From Candidatus Gorgyraea atricola (lineage in GTDB: Bacteria; Omnitrophota; Gorgyraeia; Gorgyraeales; Gorgyraeaceae), in contig JAVCCW010000018.1 of the NCBI GenBank assembly GCA_030765235.1, forward strand, positions 91,465 to 153,175: 61,711 nt of DNA. Direction: 5' to 3'. Every line of letters begins with the position of its first letter. Positions within the stretch are counted from its first letter, which is position 1. The notes below the pieces were generated by a model. The model saw only the letters and a program-made list of their open reading frames with translations, had not been told where the DNA came from and ran no database searches. Shown here piece after piece: positions 8,048 to 16,857 of this stretch. The position numbers and the translations under genes were made by a program.

Positions 8048-10770
8048 TCTTCCATCTCCAGCCAATTCTTCCCGCACTTCACTGTTACCTTTACAGGCAC
8101 GCGCAATTTTACAGCTCCCTCCATCTTTGTGCGGATAAGCTCCTTCATTGTCTCAAGCTCTTTCTTCGGCGCCTCGAACACCAGTTCATCATGCACCTGG
8201 AGCGTCATCACAGAAGAGAGTTTTTGCTTTTTTATTTCCTTGTGAATATCTATCATTGCGATCTTTATAAGGTCAGCTGCTGAGCCCTGTACAGGCGCAT
8301 TGATCGCTATCCTCTCAGCCTGCTGCTGTTCTCTGGCGCCGCCTGTATTTATCTCAGGGATATATCTTCGTCTGTTAAAAAGCGTTGTTACGTACCCTAT
8401 ATCCCTGGCGCTCTCGATCGTATCCTCCATATAAGTCTTTACGCGCGGATATCTCTCGAAATATGCGTCTATAAACTGTTGTGCGCTTGCCGGATCAATA
8501 GAAAGGCCTCGAGACAAACCAAACGCGCTAATACCATAGACAATACCAAAGTTTACTGTCTTGGCATTCGAACGCATCTCAGGGGTAACGCCCTTTTCAT
8601 CTACGTCAAAGATCAGGGACGCGGTATGCGTGTGTACATCTATGTCTTTTTCAAATGCGTCTACCAGCTCCTCGTCGCCTGATAAATGCGCCAGGATCCT
8701 CAGTTCGATCTGCGAGTAATCCGCTGCCACGATATATCTATCTTTTTCTCCAATAAACGCCTTTCTGATTCTTCTACCCTGCTCTGTCTTAATAGGTATA
8801 TTTTGCAGGTTTGGCTTACTGGAAGAAAGCCTGCCTGTAGCTGTAACTGTTTGATTAAACGACGTGTGAAGCCTCCCTGTTTTTTTATTTATAAGTTCGG
8901 GCAGCGCGTCTATATATGTTGATTTCAGCTTTGACAGTTCTCTATACAGCAAAAGTTCTTTTGGTAATGGATGCACGCTCGATAATCTCTCCAATACACC
9001 TACATCCGTTGAAAAGCCTGTCTTTGTCTTTTTTATCACTGGCAGTTCCAGCTGCTCAAACAGGATCTTGCTCAGCTGCTTTGGTGAATTTATATTAAAT
9101 TCACCCCCTGCCATTTTATAAATATTTTTTACTGTGTCAGCTAAAATCGCCTCTACCTCTTTTGATTCCTTCTTTAATAAGGCAGTGTCTATCTTTACGC
9201 CATTTCTCTCTATCTGCGACAGCACTTCTACCAAAGGCATCTCTATATCATTAAAAAGGCTGGACAGTTCCTTTTTGAAAAGCTCTTTTTCTAAGATCTG
9301 TTTCAGTCTCAACGTAACATCGCTATCCTCGCAGGAATATTCAGAAAGGCTATCCAGGGGCACCTCGTCCATGTTTATCTTTTTTTTGCCAGAGCCTAAA
9401 AGATCTGTCATTGATATCATCTTGTGGTCAAGGTATTCAAATGCAATGTCATCGAGATTATGATTAAGCTTTGAAGGATTTAATAAATACGACGCGATCA
9501 TCGTATCGAACTCGATCCCCTTAAGCTCTATACCCTGCATTGCCAGGATAAGCTTTTCATACTTGATATTTTGCCCGATCTTTTTTATCTTTTCGTCCTC
9601 TAGGATTGGTTTCAGAGCACTAAACGCATACGCCATCCCAACCCCTTGTCCCTTGTCCCTTGCCTGCCCCGTACGAAATCTTTGATTTTCGTATGGGGTC
9701 CCTTGTCCCTTCGCTAACGCCACATAGTATGCCTTGCCTGGTTCCCAGCAAAACGAAACACCAAGTGGCCTTGCCTGCAAAGGATCCTCGCCTGTAGTTT
9801 CGAAGTCTAAGACAAACGAATCCTGCTTCTTCAATTTTTTCACAAGCTCATCAAATTTGGCCTTATTGGTTATGGTCTCGTAGCTGGCCTCTTGCCGCAC
9901 CTGAGAATCTTGAGACGAAAACTCTTTTGCAAAGGCCTTGAATTCCAGGTCTTTAAAGATACCCAAAAGTCTTTGTGTATCAGGTTCACTCAAGCGCATG
10001 GATTCTTCGTCTATATCTATAGGCACAGCGCTATCCAGGATAGCCAGCTCCTTTGACATGTGAGCGCTCTCTTCGCCGTCCTTTAAAGTCTTTCTTTTTG
10101 AATCGCTTTTTATCTTATCAAGATTCTTGTAGAGCATGCCTATATCACCAAACTCCTTTATTAAATCAATGGCTGTCTTTTCGCCTATGCCGTGCACGCC
10201 TGGTATGTTATCTGTCTGGTCCCCTGCAAGCGCCATAAGATCCACGATACTCTCAGGCCCCAGGCCGGAAAACCTCTCTTCCACCTTTTTTCTATCATAA
10301 ATAAGGCCTTCCTTATGCGTGGAACATATCTTTATATTCTCGCTTACGAACTGCAACATATCTTTATCGCCAGTCATTACGTAGGTCATTATGTCTTTTT
10401 TTGAAACCTTTTTGGCGATCGTGGCAAGGATATCATCTGCCTCAAAGCCCTGTTTTTCAAATATCGGAATATTATACGCCGATACTACCTCTTTTATGAG
10501 CGCCATCTGCGAGACAAGGTCATCTGGCATGGGTTTTCGCGTTATCTTATAATCCTTGAATTTCTTATGCCTGAATGTCGGGCCTTTTAGATCAAAGGCT
10601 ATAGCGAGATAATCCGGTTTTTCGCTAGCGAGCAACTTTTTGAGCATCAACACAAATCCGTAGACCGCGTTTGTCGGCATGCCCTTCGAGTTTCTGAGCT
10701 CTTTTATGGCATAAAAAGCCCTGTAACAATAAGAATTTCCATCAATCAAAAATAATTTCTTCTTTTTCAT
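8041..10770 (-). CDS. polA: DNA polymerase I
   Basis: The 909-aa ORF has a 5'-nuclease domain, an exonuclease-like domain and family A polymerase motifs (ADYSQIELRILAH, QVHDELVFE). It contains the in-frame 67-nt repeat element. Confidence 0.93.
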   Translation of the reverse strand: MKKKKLFLIDGNSYCYRAFYAIKELRNSKGMPTNAVYGFVLMLKKLLASEKPDYLAIAFDLKGPTFRHKKFKDYKITRKPMPDDLVSQMALIKEVVSAYNIPIFEKQGFEADDILATIAKKVSKKDIMTYVMTGDKDMLQFVSENIKICSTHKEGLIYDRKKVEERFSGLGPESIVDLMALAGDQTDNIPGVHGIGEKTAIDLIKEFGDIGMLYKNLDKIKSDSKRKTLKDGEESAHMSKELAILDSAVPIDIDEESMRLSEPDTQRLLGIFKDLEFKAFAKEFSSQDSQVRQEASYETITNKAKFDELVKKLKKQDSFVLDFETTGEDPLQARPLGVSFCWEPGKAYYVALAKGQGTPYENQRFRTGQARDKGQGVGMAYAFSALKPILEDEKIKKIGQNIKYEKLILAMQGIELKGIEFDTMIASYLLNPSKLNHNLDDIAFEYLDHKMISMTDLLGSGKKKINMDEVPLDSLSEYSCEDSDVTLRLKQILEKELFKKELSSLFNDIEMPLVEVLSQIERNGVKIDTALLKKESKEVEAILADTVKNIYKMAGGEFNINSPKQLSKILFEQLELPVIKKTKTGFSTDVGVLERLSSVHPLPKELLLYRELSKLKSTYIDALPELINKKTGRLHTSFNQTVTATGRLSSSKPNLQNIPIKTEQGRRIRKAFIGEKDRYIVAADYSQIELRILAHLSGDEELVDAFEKDIDVHTHTASLIFDVDEKGVTPEMRSNAKTVNFGIVYGISAFGLSRGLSIDPASAQQFIDAYFERYPRVKTYMEDTIESARDIGYVTTLFNRRRYIPEINTGGAREQQQAERIAINAPVQGSAADLIKIAMIDIHKEIKKQKLSSVMTLQVHDELVFEAPKKELETMKELIRTKMEGAVKLRVPVKVTVKCGKNWLEMEEC
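9645..9711 (-). repeat. 67-nt GGGACAAG/hairpin element, copy A (in frame in polA)
   Basis: It is 66/67 identical to 24059-24125. It has an internal 12-bp hairpin, ccccgtacgaaa (9667-9678) / tttcgtatgggg (9687-9698), flanked by cccttgtccctt direct repeats. Confidence 0.9.
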
Positions 10771-10817
10771 GGATTGCTGTATGAAATGGAAGGATTTATG
10801 TGCGAAAATTAGTGAAG

Positions 10818-12029
10818 CTATTCCGGCAAAATATTAAGTATTGCCTCGAACTCTTTTCTTGCGCCAGGAAAATCGTCCTTCTGATAGCGCATTATGCCTT
10901 CATTATAATGATCTCCTATCCTCTCCTCCTTCATTTTATTTTTTACTTCCTGTTCCAGCTCCAAAAGCGCTGGATCACTGGGATTATCCTTTTTTGCCAG
11001 CCTTAGTGCATCAAGTGCCCTTGCGTATTCTCCTTTACCCAGATAATTTCGGGCCTTTGAGTAAGAGCTGCTAGCACCACCAGAAGCTGGCCTGGCCTTT
11101 TTAACACTGCTTGAGCGTTTAGCAGTCTTTTTACTCGTAGTAACGGCGGGTGTCTTTTGCTTTTCCTCTCGCAGTCTTTCTTCTGCCAGCCTCAACGACT
11201 CCTCTAGCTCTGCATCAATATCAGATCTCCTTGCCTCTTCCTTTGGAACACCTCCGAGCCTTGTCCATTCATCGCTAGAGGTCTTTTTCTTCTTCGCCTG
11301 CTTTTTCTTAACCCTTTTTCTCTTTACTATTCTTTTCTTTGGCCTGGGTCCTTCGACAAGCTCAGGACTTCGCTTCGCTCGCTTTCTTACTATTTTTTTC
11401 TTTGGCCTTGGTTTTATATCGCTTTTTACTGTCTTCTCTTCTGATTTGCGCTCTATCCTTGTCCACTCGTCCGAGTCTTTTTTCTTTTGCTGTCCTGTTT
11501 CTTCTTCTGGTGCTTGCTGTTCAAAAGTCCTTTCGATCTCTTGTATCTTTTTTGCATCAAGTAATCCTAATTTCTCTAGCCTTTGCCTTGCTTCATTTGT
11601 CCATGCGTCATTGGGCCTGCCAAGCTTATATCGCTTCATCCAGTAATACGCGGCCTTTTCAAGTTCTCCTTTTCTCTCGTATAGAAGCGCTAGATTCGTG
11701 TGGGCCTTTTCATAGCCAGGATCTATTATCAGGGCCTTCTGATATTCTGACTCAGCCCTATCAAGCCAACCCTTGGCCTCAAACAAAATCCCCAGGTCAT
11801 TGTGCGGGGCAGCGTAATCTACATCCAGGGCAATTGACTTTTGATACCAGGAAATAGCACTGTCTATATCGCCTCTTTCCTGTGCCTCATATCCCTTTCC
11901 ACGATAAGATGCAGCCTCATCCTTAAGTACTGCACCATATATATAACTAGTATTTACTAAAGATATAAGTGTTAGATAAAATAATATTATAAGGACTTGC
12001 GAAAAATACCTTCGCATTAATATCTCCAT
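10818..12029 (-). CDS. TPR-repeat protein with N-terminal signal/anchor and a duplicated poly-basic linker
   Basis: It has a hydrophobic N-terminus and TPR-like blocks (GDIDSAISWYQKSIALD, AAPHNDLGILFEAKG, KAHTNLALLYERKG). An internal K/R-rich region contains the duplicated SDEWTR and PRPKK(K/R)IV motifs. Confidence 0.7.
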   Translation of the reverse strand: MEILMRRYFSQVLIILFYLTLISLVNTSYIYGAVLKDEAASYRGKGYEAQERGDIDSAISWYQKSIALDVDYAAPHNDLGILFEAKGWLDRAESEYQKALIIDPGYEKAHTNLALLYERKGELEKAAYYWMKRYKLGRPNDAWTNEARQRLEKLGLLDAKKIQEIERTFEQQAPEEETGQQKKKDSDEWTRIERKSEEKTVKSDIKPRPKKKIVRKRAKRSPELVEGPRPKKRIVKRKRVKKKQAKKKKTSSDEWTRLGGVPKEEARRSDIDAELEESLRLAEERLREEKQKTPAVTTSKKTAKRSSSVKKARPASGGASSSYSKARNYLGKGEYARALDALRLAKKDNPSDPALLELEQEVKNKMKEERIGDHYNEGIMRYQKDDFPGARKEFEAILNILPE

Positions 12030-12069
12030 TTTTCACAAGTGTATCATATGGGCTTTGTTACGTCAAGGG

Positions 12070-13530
12070 CTATTTTATACTTTTGGAAAAATATCCTCCA
12101 GTCATGGCGTCCAGATCTGCAGTGAGTTCTTCTACGCGAAGCGCGCTTTCCATTTTATTCTTTATGTCAGTTGGCGGTGAAAGCTCAAGCTCTATCTGCA
12201 ACCTGCGACGCTCAAAATATGTCCTAGTGATCTCGTCAAGTACATCATCCCTTAGCTGCACCATGAGCTTTGATCTTATGTCTATTGTAGTCTGGTTAGG
12301 ATTCCAGATGATTTCGCCAAGGTCCCATTTAGCAGAAACACCCCAGTCGTGCGGGCCTGTGTAATACCTATCTGCTCCGCTGTCATAATTTATAGTCTTA
12401 TCATAATCCACTGACACTTCCGGCAATAAAGGCTTCATTCTTGCCCCTCGCCTCCAGTTTTTTATTTTATCCGGATGCACCTCTGCGTATTCAATAGCTG
12501 CTTCCTGGATCTCCCTGATCGTAGGCTCATAGTCAAAATCTTCAAACACATCTCCTTCATCAAAAAAGCCGAGGCTGGGCCTCGGCTTTTTTGTATTATG
12601 CAATCCCTTATCTGTTGCGACCCAGATCCTCTTATTGCTGTCGATTGATAAAGAGTAAGCCTTGTTCGCTGACATGCCTTTATATAGCGCTGTCCAGCTC
12701 TGGTCTTTTTTATTGAAAATAAAAATGCCTTTATCTGTTGCCGCATAAAGATCGTCTTTAAATAAAAGTCTTTTTATCTTTTGGGATAATAATCCGCTGG
12801 ATGGAAACACGCCCCATGTTTCTCCTGTATTGCTGCTTGTAAATATCCCTGAGTCGGTCGCGAGATAAATTTTTCCCTTGTCAATCGCGATGCTATTGAC
12901 TGGTTTAGTTGAAGTCGCCGCATAATCTGCTTCATCGCTGTCATATTCTGACTCTTCTACAGCAGTCACAAATACCCTTTTCCATTTTCCCTCTCTTCCT
13001 TTATATACACCTGTTTCTGCCGCGAGAAAATCATGATCACCTAGAAACGCGACCCACTTTACGCTAAGATCCTGATCTTTTTTCCAAGTTGCGCAATTAT
13101 CACTGCTAATAAAAAGACCTCTTCTTGTCCCAAGATAAATATCGCCATTCCGGGAAAAGGCCACATGCGATACATTATTCTCTTTTGCCCCTACACCTTT
13201 AAACACCTTCTTCCATTTGCTTTTTCCATCAATGCTTTTAAATGCGCCTCTTTCCGTGCACACAAACACTGCCTTTCTTGAAACCGCTACGAAATTAATA
13301 CTATTCCCATCCTCTCTTGCGGTAAATACTACGGTCCAACTCTCACCGCTGTTCTCGCTCCTGTACATCTTCTTCTCAGACGAAGCATAAATAACACCCA
13401 CCTTGGTAGGGTCCACCGCGACCTCTTTCATCTCAGCCTCGCTTATTCCCGTTACTATGTCCCATGCGTGGTCGGCGAATACGCTGGAACAGCACAAAAT
13501 TACCGCCAGTAAAATTAAAACATGCTTCAT
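12070..13530 (-). CDS. secreted Asp-box (BNR-like) beta-propeller repeat protein
   Basis: It has a signal peptide and repeated SxDxGxxW-like motifs (SENSGESW, SIDGKSKW, SSDNCATW, SSNTGETW). A GCCGAGG hairpin repeat is embedded in frame (KKPRPSLGFF). Confidence 0.65.
   Translation of the reverse strand: MKHVLILLAVILCCSSVFADHAWDIVTGISEAEMKEVAVDPTKVGVIYASSEKKMYRSENSGESWTVVFTAREDGNSINFVAVSRKAVFVCTERGAFKSIDGKSKWKKVFKGVGAKENNVSHVAFSRNGDIYLGTRRGLFISSDNCATWKKDQDLSVKWVAFLGDHDFLAAETGVYKGREGKWKRVFVTAVEESEYDSDEADYAATSTKPVNSIAIDKGKIYLATDSGIFTSSNTGETWGVFPSSGLLSQKIKRLLFKDDLYAATDKGIFIFNKKDQSWTALYKGMSANKAYSLSIDSNKRIWVATDKGLHNTKKPRPSLGFFDEGDVFEDFDYEPTIREIQEAAIEYAEVHPDKIKNWRRGARMKPLLPEVSVDYDKTINYDSGADRYYTGPHDWGVSAKWDLGEIIWNPNQTTIDIRSKLMVQLRDDVLDEITRTYFERRRLQIELELSPPTDIKNKMESALRVEELTADLDAMTGGYFSKSIK
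12562..12592. repeat. GCCGAGG-family hairpin (A6-stem-loop-T6) inside the Asp-box protein CDS
   Basis: The sequence is aaaaaa gccgaggc tgg gcctcggc tttttt. It has the shape of a perfect bidirectional terminator but is read through in frame as KKPRPSLGFF. Confidence 0.85.
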
Positions 13531-13590
13531 AAAACACCTCCCTTTAGTATATTAGACACATGAGAAGGCGAAATTCTTTCATTTTTTTTC

Positions 13591-13620
13591 AGTATAGTCT
13601 TGCGGAAGGATAAAAGGCAA
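13591..13620 (-). promoter_or_regulatory. candidate promoter for the Asp-box protein gene
   Basis: The minus strand reads TTGCCT, an 18-nt spacer, then TATACT. A strong RBS (AAAGGGAGGTG) lies just before the ATG at 13530. Confidence 0.4.
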
Positions 13621-13667
13621 GCATAAACGGGTCACAAAATAATGCCTGAGAGACAGACCAACCCCTT

Positions 13668-13706
13668 AACTTTATACTTTTGTGACACACAGAAAAGTAT
13701 AAAGTT
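13668..13706 (-). terminator. stem-loop at the end of the receiver gene; carries the conserved 30-nt motif shared with 16861-16890
   Basis: aactttatactttt (13668-13681) pairs perfectly with aaaagtataaagtt (13693-13706). It overlaps the stop codon at 13705-13707. No clear U-tract follows on the transcribed strand, so terminator function is inferred. Confidence 0.5.
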
Positions 13707-14073
13707 AAAGGAGTTGCTTTAGAATTTTTGGGATGACGTTGTTTTCTAGGTTTTCTAGGCTGAAGGGTTTGGTGATGTAATCAGCTGCTCCTGATTCTTT
13801 TGCTAGGTCCATTACTACTTTTTCATCAACGCCTGTCATCATAATGACCTTGATATTCTTATCGATTTCTTTTATCTGCTGTAAAACCTTTATCCCTGAT
13901 GGCCCAGGCATTCTTATATCTAAGAGCACTATGCTTGGCCGCTTTTCTTTTACTATAGCTAAAGCACTCTTCCCTTCATTGGCTACAAAGACTTCGTAAT
14001 CTCTCTTGCTAAAAAAGTTTTGCAGGTAATCACTGGTTGGGAGATCATCATCAACTATTAATAATTTAACCAT
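13705..14073 (-). CDS. stand-alone response regulator receiver (CheY-like)
   Basis: It has the receiver signature IVDDD, LLDIRMPG, IMMTG and ITKPF. There is no output domain. Confidence 0.85.
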   Translation of the reverse strand: MVKLLIVDDDLPTSDYLQNFFSKRDYEVFVANEGKSALAIVKEKRPSIVLLDIRMPGPSGIKVLQQIKEIDKNIKVIMMTGVDEKVVMDLAKESGAADYITKPFSLENLENNVIPKILKQLL

Positions 14074-14090
14074 TGTATATCCTCCGTATC

Positions 14091-14468
14091 TTATTTTCCA
14101 AGCAATTCACAGATCTTGTCCGTAAGAACGTCCCACTTAAATGGCTTTACTATATAGGCGTCTGTACCCACTTCTTCGCCTGTCTTTTTATCTGAATCCA
14201 AAGCTCGGGCTGTAAGCATAACTATAGGAATGTCCTTATGTTCGGAGTCGTATTTTAACATACGGCAGACCTTATAACCGTCCATCTTTGGCATCATGAC
14301 ATCTAATATTATTAGATCTGGTTTTTTGCTGCGTGCCTCCTGGAGGGCCATATGACCATCATAAGCTACCATAACTTCATAGCCATCACTTTCCAGGCGC
14401 GACTTTGTCATGCGCGATATGTCTTTTTCGTCCTCAACCAGTAATATTCTCTTTTTATCCATGATCAA
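14091..14468 (-). CDS. stand-alone response regulator receiver (CheY-like)
   Basis: It has the receiver signature LLVEDE, IILDVMMPKMDG, VMLTA and IVKPF. There is no output domain. Confidence 0.85.
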   Translation of the reverse strand: MIMDKKRILLVEDEKDISRMTKSRLESDGYEVMVAYDGHMALQEARSKKPDLIILDVMMPKMDGYKVCRMLKYDSEHKDIPIVMLTARALDSDKKTGEEVGTDAYIVKPFKWDVLTDKICELLGK

Positions 14469-14530
14469 ACTCCTCTTTCTATACCAATATAGCCTAGAAT
14501 ATCATACTTTTAAGGAAATTCAAGTAAATA

Positions 14531-14920
14531 TTACCAATCCCAGTTTATAAAAGGCTTTGCCTTGGCTTTCTTTTTCCTCTTTTCCGTAGCTATAGCCTTC
14601 TGGATCCTATTTATAAGATGCTCAATAGCGCTTTCATTGACATTAATGAACTCTATACCCATTTTAAAAAGTTTTGCGTCATGCGTTGCTTTTTTCTTTG
14701 CGTACTTAACCTCTCCTTCGCCAGCTATAGTCACGCTGCTTAAATTAGACACTATTTCAAACTTAACCTTACTACCTGGCTTTATCTCCTTATCTGCACA
14801 CACATGCATCCCAGTAAAACTTATATCCTTCAAATCCGCAGCTATACTACAAGATTTGATCTTTAGCGTAACACTCCCCTCAACCAAATACCTCTGATAT
14901 CTCCTGGGTTTATAAGTCAC
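14531..14920 (-). CDS. PilZ-domain protein (putative c-di-GMP receptor)
   Basis: It has an RxxxR motif (RRYQR) near the N-terminus and a DxSxxG motif (DISFTGM). It starts with GTG, preceded by GAGGAG that overlaps the stop of the upstream gene. Confidence 0.75.
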   Translation of the reverse strand: MTYKPRRYQRYLVEGSVTLKIKSCSIAADLKDISFTGMHVCADKEIKPGSKVKFEIVSNLSSVTIAGEGEVKYAKKKATHDAKLFKMGIEFINVNESAIEHLINRIQKAIATEKRKKKAKAKPFINWDW

Positions 14921-14930
14921 AACACTCTCC

Positions 14931-16760
14931 TCAGATAAAGCTTTTCAAAAATCTAAACATCTTTTGTCCTGTCCTTATTATTTGGGTTTTTGCTTCTTTT
15001 GGGTATAAAATATAAAAATCTGAAAAATCAGTTATCCCTCCGTCGCCACTTTCAATTGGATCGAACTCTAATAAATTATCTTTATTGTCCCATCTAAAAT
15101 AAGGAAATCCAAGCTTTTTATGTACCTTGAGTACAGTCTTCTCCTCCCCTTCAATGTTTAACAATCTAGGAGGGCCAACAAAGCAGCCGTTGTTCTGATT
15201 AACCCATAGTTTTATAAATCCTCCTTTTACAATTTCAACCATATGGCTAACCCAAGTCTCAGAATCTTTCATATATACAAGTGTACCTATGGGTAAAGAT
15301 TTTAAATCAACGGATTGCACTTTTTCCCAGTCTTTTTTATCTCCATTATATGACGCAGGATAGGGCTCTCTAGCAACAGCGACCCATTTGTCTGCTTGAA
15401 CTGAAACAAATGAATCAAACTCTGGGTATTCTTTAGGATTATGGAGTCGCTTAAAGACAGGGAATTCAACTTCTTCAATCCATCCTACTGCTGCAAGAGA
15501 AATAAAAATATCAATAATGTCTATCAAAAACTCGTCTATTCTAATTCTATCTTTAACACCTAAGTGGTCTTTTGAATCGACTACAGTACCAAGTACTTCA
15601 TTCTTGCGCTGCAGATAAAGAATCTTTAGTTTATCGTCTGATAAACGCCTCCTAGACTCCTTGACAAAGATAGTGTCTGCAAAATAAAAGTCCTGGCCCA
15701 CTTTAATTCTCTCTGATATATCACTGATTACTTTATAAAAAAGAGGTAAAGCATCCAAAAGGTAACCGCTTGGAACAAGATTTTGAAGATAACAGAGTTC
15801 AATAATGTTCTCAGTAGGAAAATCTATCTTGATAACTTCTTTGCCGTTTATAATATCTTTTGTCACAAAATCATGGTCTGGCGATTTTGCAATTTTCGAT
15901 ATATTATTGATATCCATGTGCAGTAAATCAGTTCCCATTCTGTGATCCAAGTAACCCTTTTTAAGCTTAGCGATCCAACTGAGGATATTTGCAGCTAAAC
16001 TCCCCATGTATCTCTCTTGCAAAAGACGAGGATCTACGCTAAAAGCCTCTTTTTTTAAATAATCAAGAAACTCCTTTCTATCTGATTTTATCCTTACAAT
16101 CTTTGCTTTTGTGCGTTTGCCTTTTGCAAAACAAATGGATGTCCTATTTTGACCTTGAAGTATCCAAAACTTATCGTTACCTAAATCCAAGACATCCGCT
16201 GGATGATCTTCGACAAAATCTTCTATCGACTCATTGTTATCGTCCAGCATTCTTAATAGATCGATCAGTTGCAATACATAAGGAGGGTGAAGAAATACCG
16301 CATTTTCAGGAGAAAGATATACATGTTCATCTGTTGTTTTCCACCATTTTTCTTCTTCGCTCAAGCTGGCTATCTCTTTATTGAAGTCGCTGGCAAACCC
16401 ATAAATCTCTTCCCCCAGGTATTCATTCTTACGCCACCATAAATGAAAATCTAAAGTAGACCCACTAGTTCTGCACATCCTATACGTGTAAAATAGCTGA
16501 TACAATCTCCGATCGATAAGTATTTTCTTATCAAAAAAACTAAGCCCGACATAGTTATCCGAACTTTCATATTGAATCAAATCCCCATCGGAATTCGCTG
16601 CGCGTGCAAGAGTTTCTACTCTTTCTATCTCTTGTTGTGAAATTAAGGGTTTCCTTAGATATCCCACATCAGACCCATACACTAAACCATTAGACAGGCA
16701 CAATGTGGCCATTAAGATAACTGCGATTCCTGCATTATATCCTTTTCCAAACTTTCTCAT
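14931..16760 (-). CDS. hypothetical secreted protein, 609 aa, no recognisable domain
   Basis: This is a long uninterrupted ORF with a signal-peptide-like N-terminus (AVILMATLCLSNGLVYG). A near-consensus promoter lies upstream. I recognise no family motif. Confidence 0.7.
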   Translation of the reverse strand: MRKFGKGYNAGIAVILMATLCLSNGLVYGSDVGYLRKPLISQQEIERVETLARAANSDGDLIQYESSDNYVGLSFFDKKILIDRRLYQLFYTYRMCRTSGSTLDFHLWWRKNEYLGEEIYGFASDFNKEIASLSEEEKWWKTTDEHVYLSPENAVFLHPPYVLQLIDLLRMLDDNNESIEDFVEDHPADVLDLGNDKFWILQGQNRTSICFAKGKRTKAKIVRIKSDRKEFLDYLKKEAFSVDPRLLQERYMGSLAANILSWIAKLKKGYLDHRMGTDLLHMDINNISKIAKSPDHDFVTKDIINGKEVIKIDFPTENIIELCYLQNLVPSGYLLDALPLFYKVISDISERIKVGQDFYFADTIFVKESRRRLSDDKLKILYLQRKNEVLGTVVDSKDHLGVKDRIRIDEFLIDIIDIFISLAAVGWIEEVEFPVFKRLHNPKEYPEFDSFVSVQADKWVAVAREPYPASYNGDKKDWEKVQSVDLKSLPIGTLVYMKDSETWVSHMVEIVKGGFIKLWVNQNNGCFVGPPRLLNIEGEEKTVLKVHKKLGFPYFRWDNKDNLLEFDPIESGDGGITDFSDFYILYPKEAKTQIIRTGQKMFRFLKSFI

Positions 16761-16828
16761 AATCTACCCAAAAAATTAGCCTCCCCTTTTTATAAGGCTA
16801 TATTGCTCCTATACCTATTCTAATGATA

Positions 16829-16857
16829 ATTATACCATATAGATGCGCCATTTTCAA
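16829..16857 (-). promoter_or_regulatory. sigma70-like promoter for the orphan/PilZ/receiver cassette
   Basis: The minus strand reads TTGAAA (16857-16852), a 17-nt spacer, then TATAAT (16834-16829), about 70 nt upstream of the 609-aa ORF start. Confidence 0.6.

Noticed and set aside
12562-12592. Splitting the 486-aa ORF into two genes at the terminator-shaped hairpin
   Set aside because: The reading frame is continuous through the hairpin, with no stop and no new RBS or start immediately downstream. A single CDS is the simpler reading, although transcript data could change this.
13531-13704. Possible small RNA or tRNA genes in the longer spacers (13531-13704, 16761-16909, 37479-37634, 43613-43741, 61044-61160)
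   Set aside because: I found no cloverleaf-compatible arms or conserved tRNA boxes (GTTCRANYC-like T-loops). The spacers are explained by promoters, hairpins and repeat elements.
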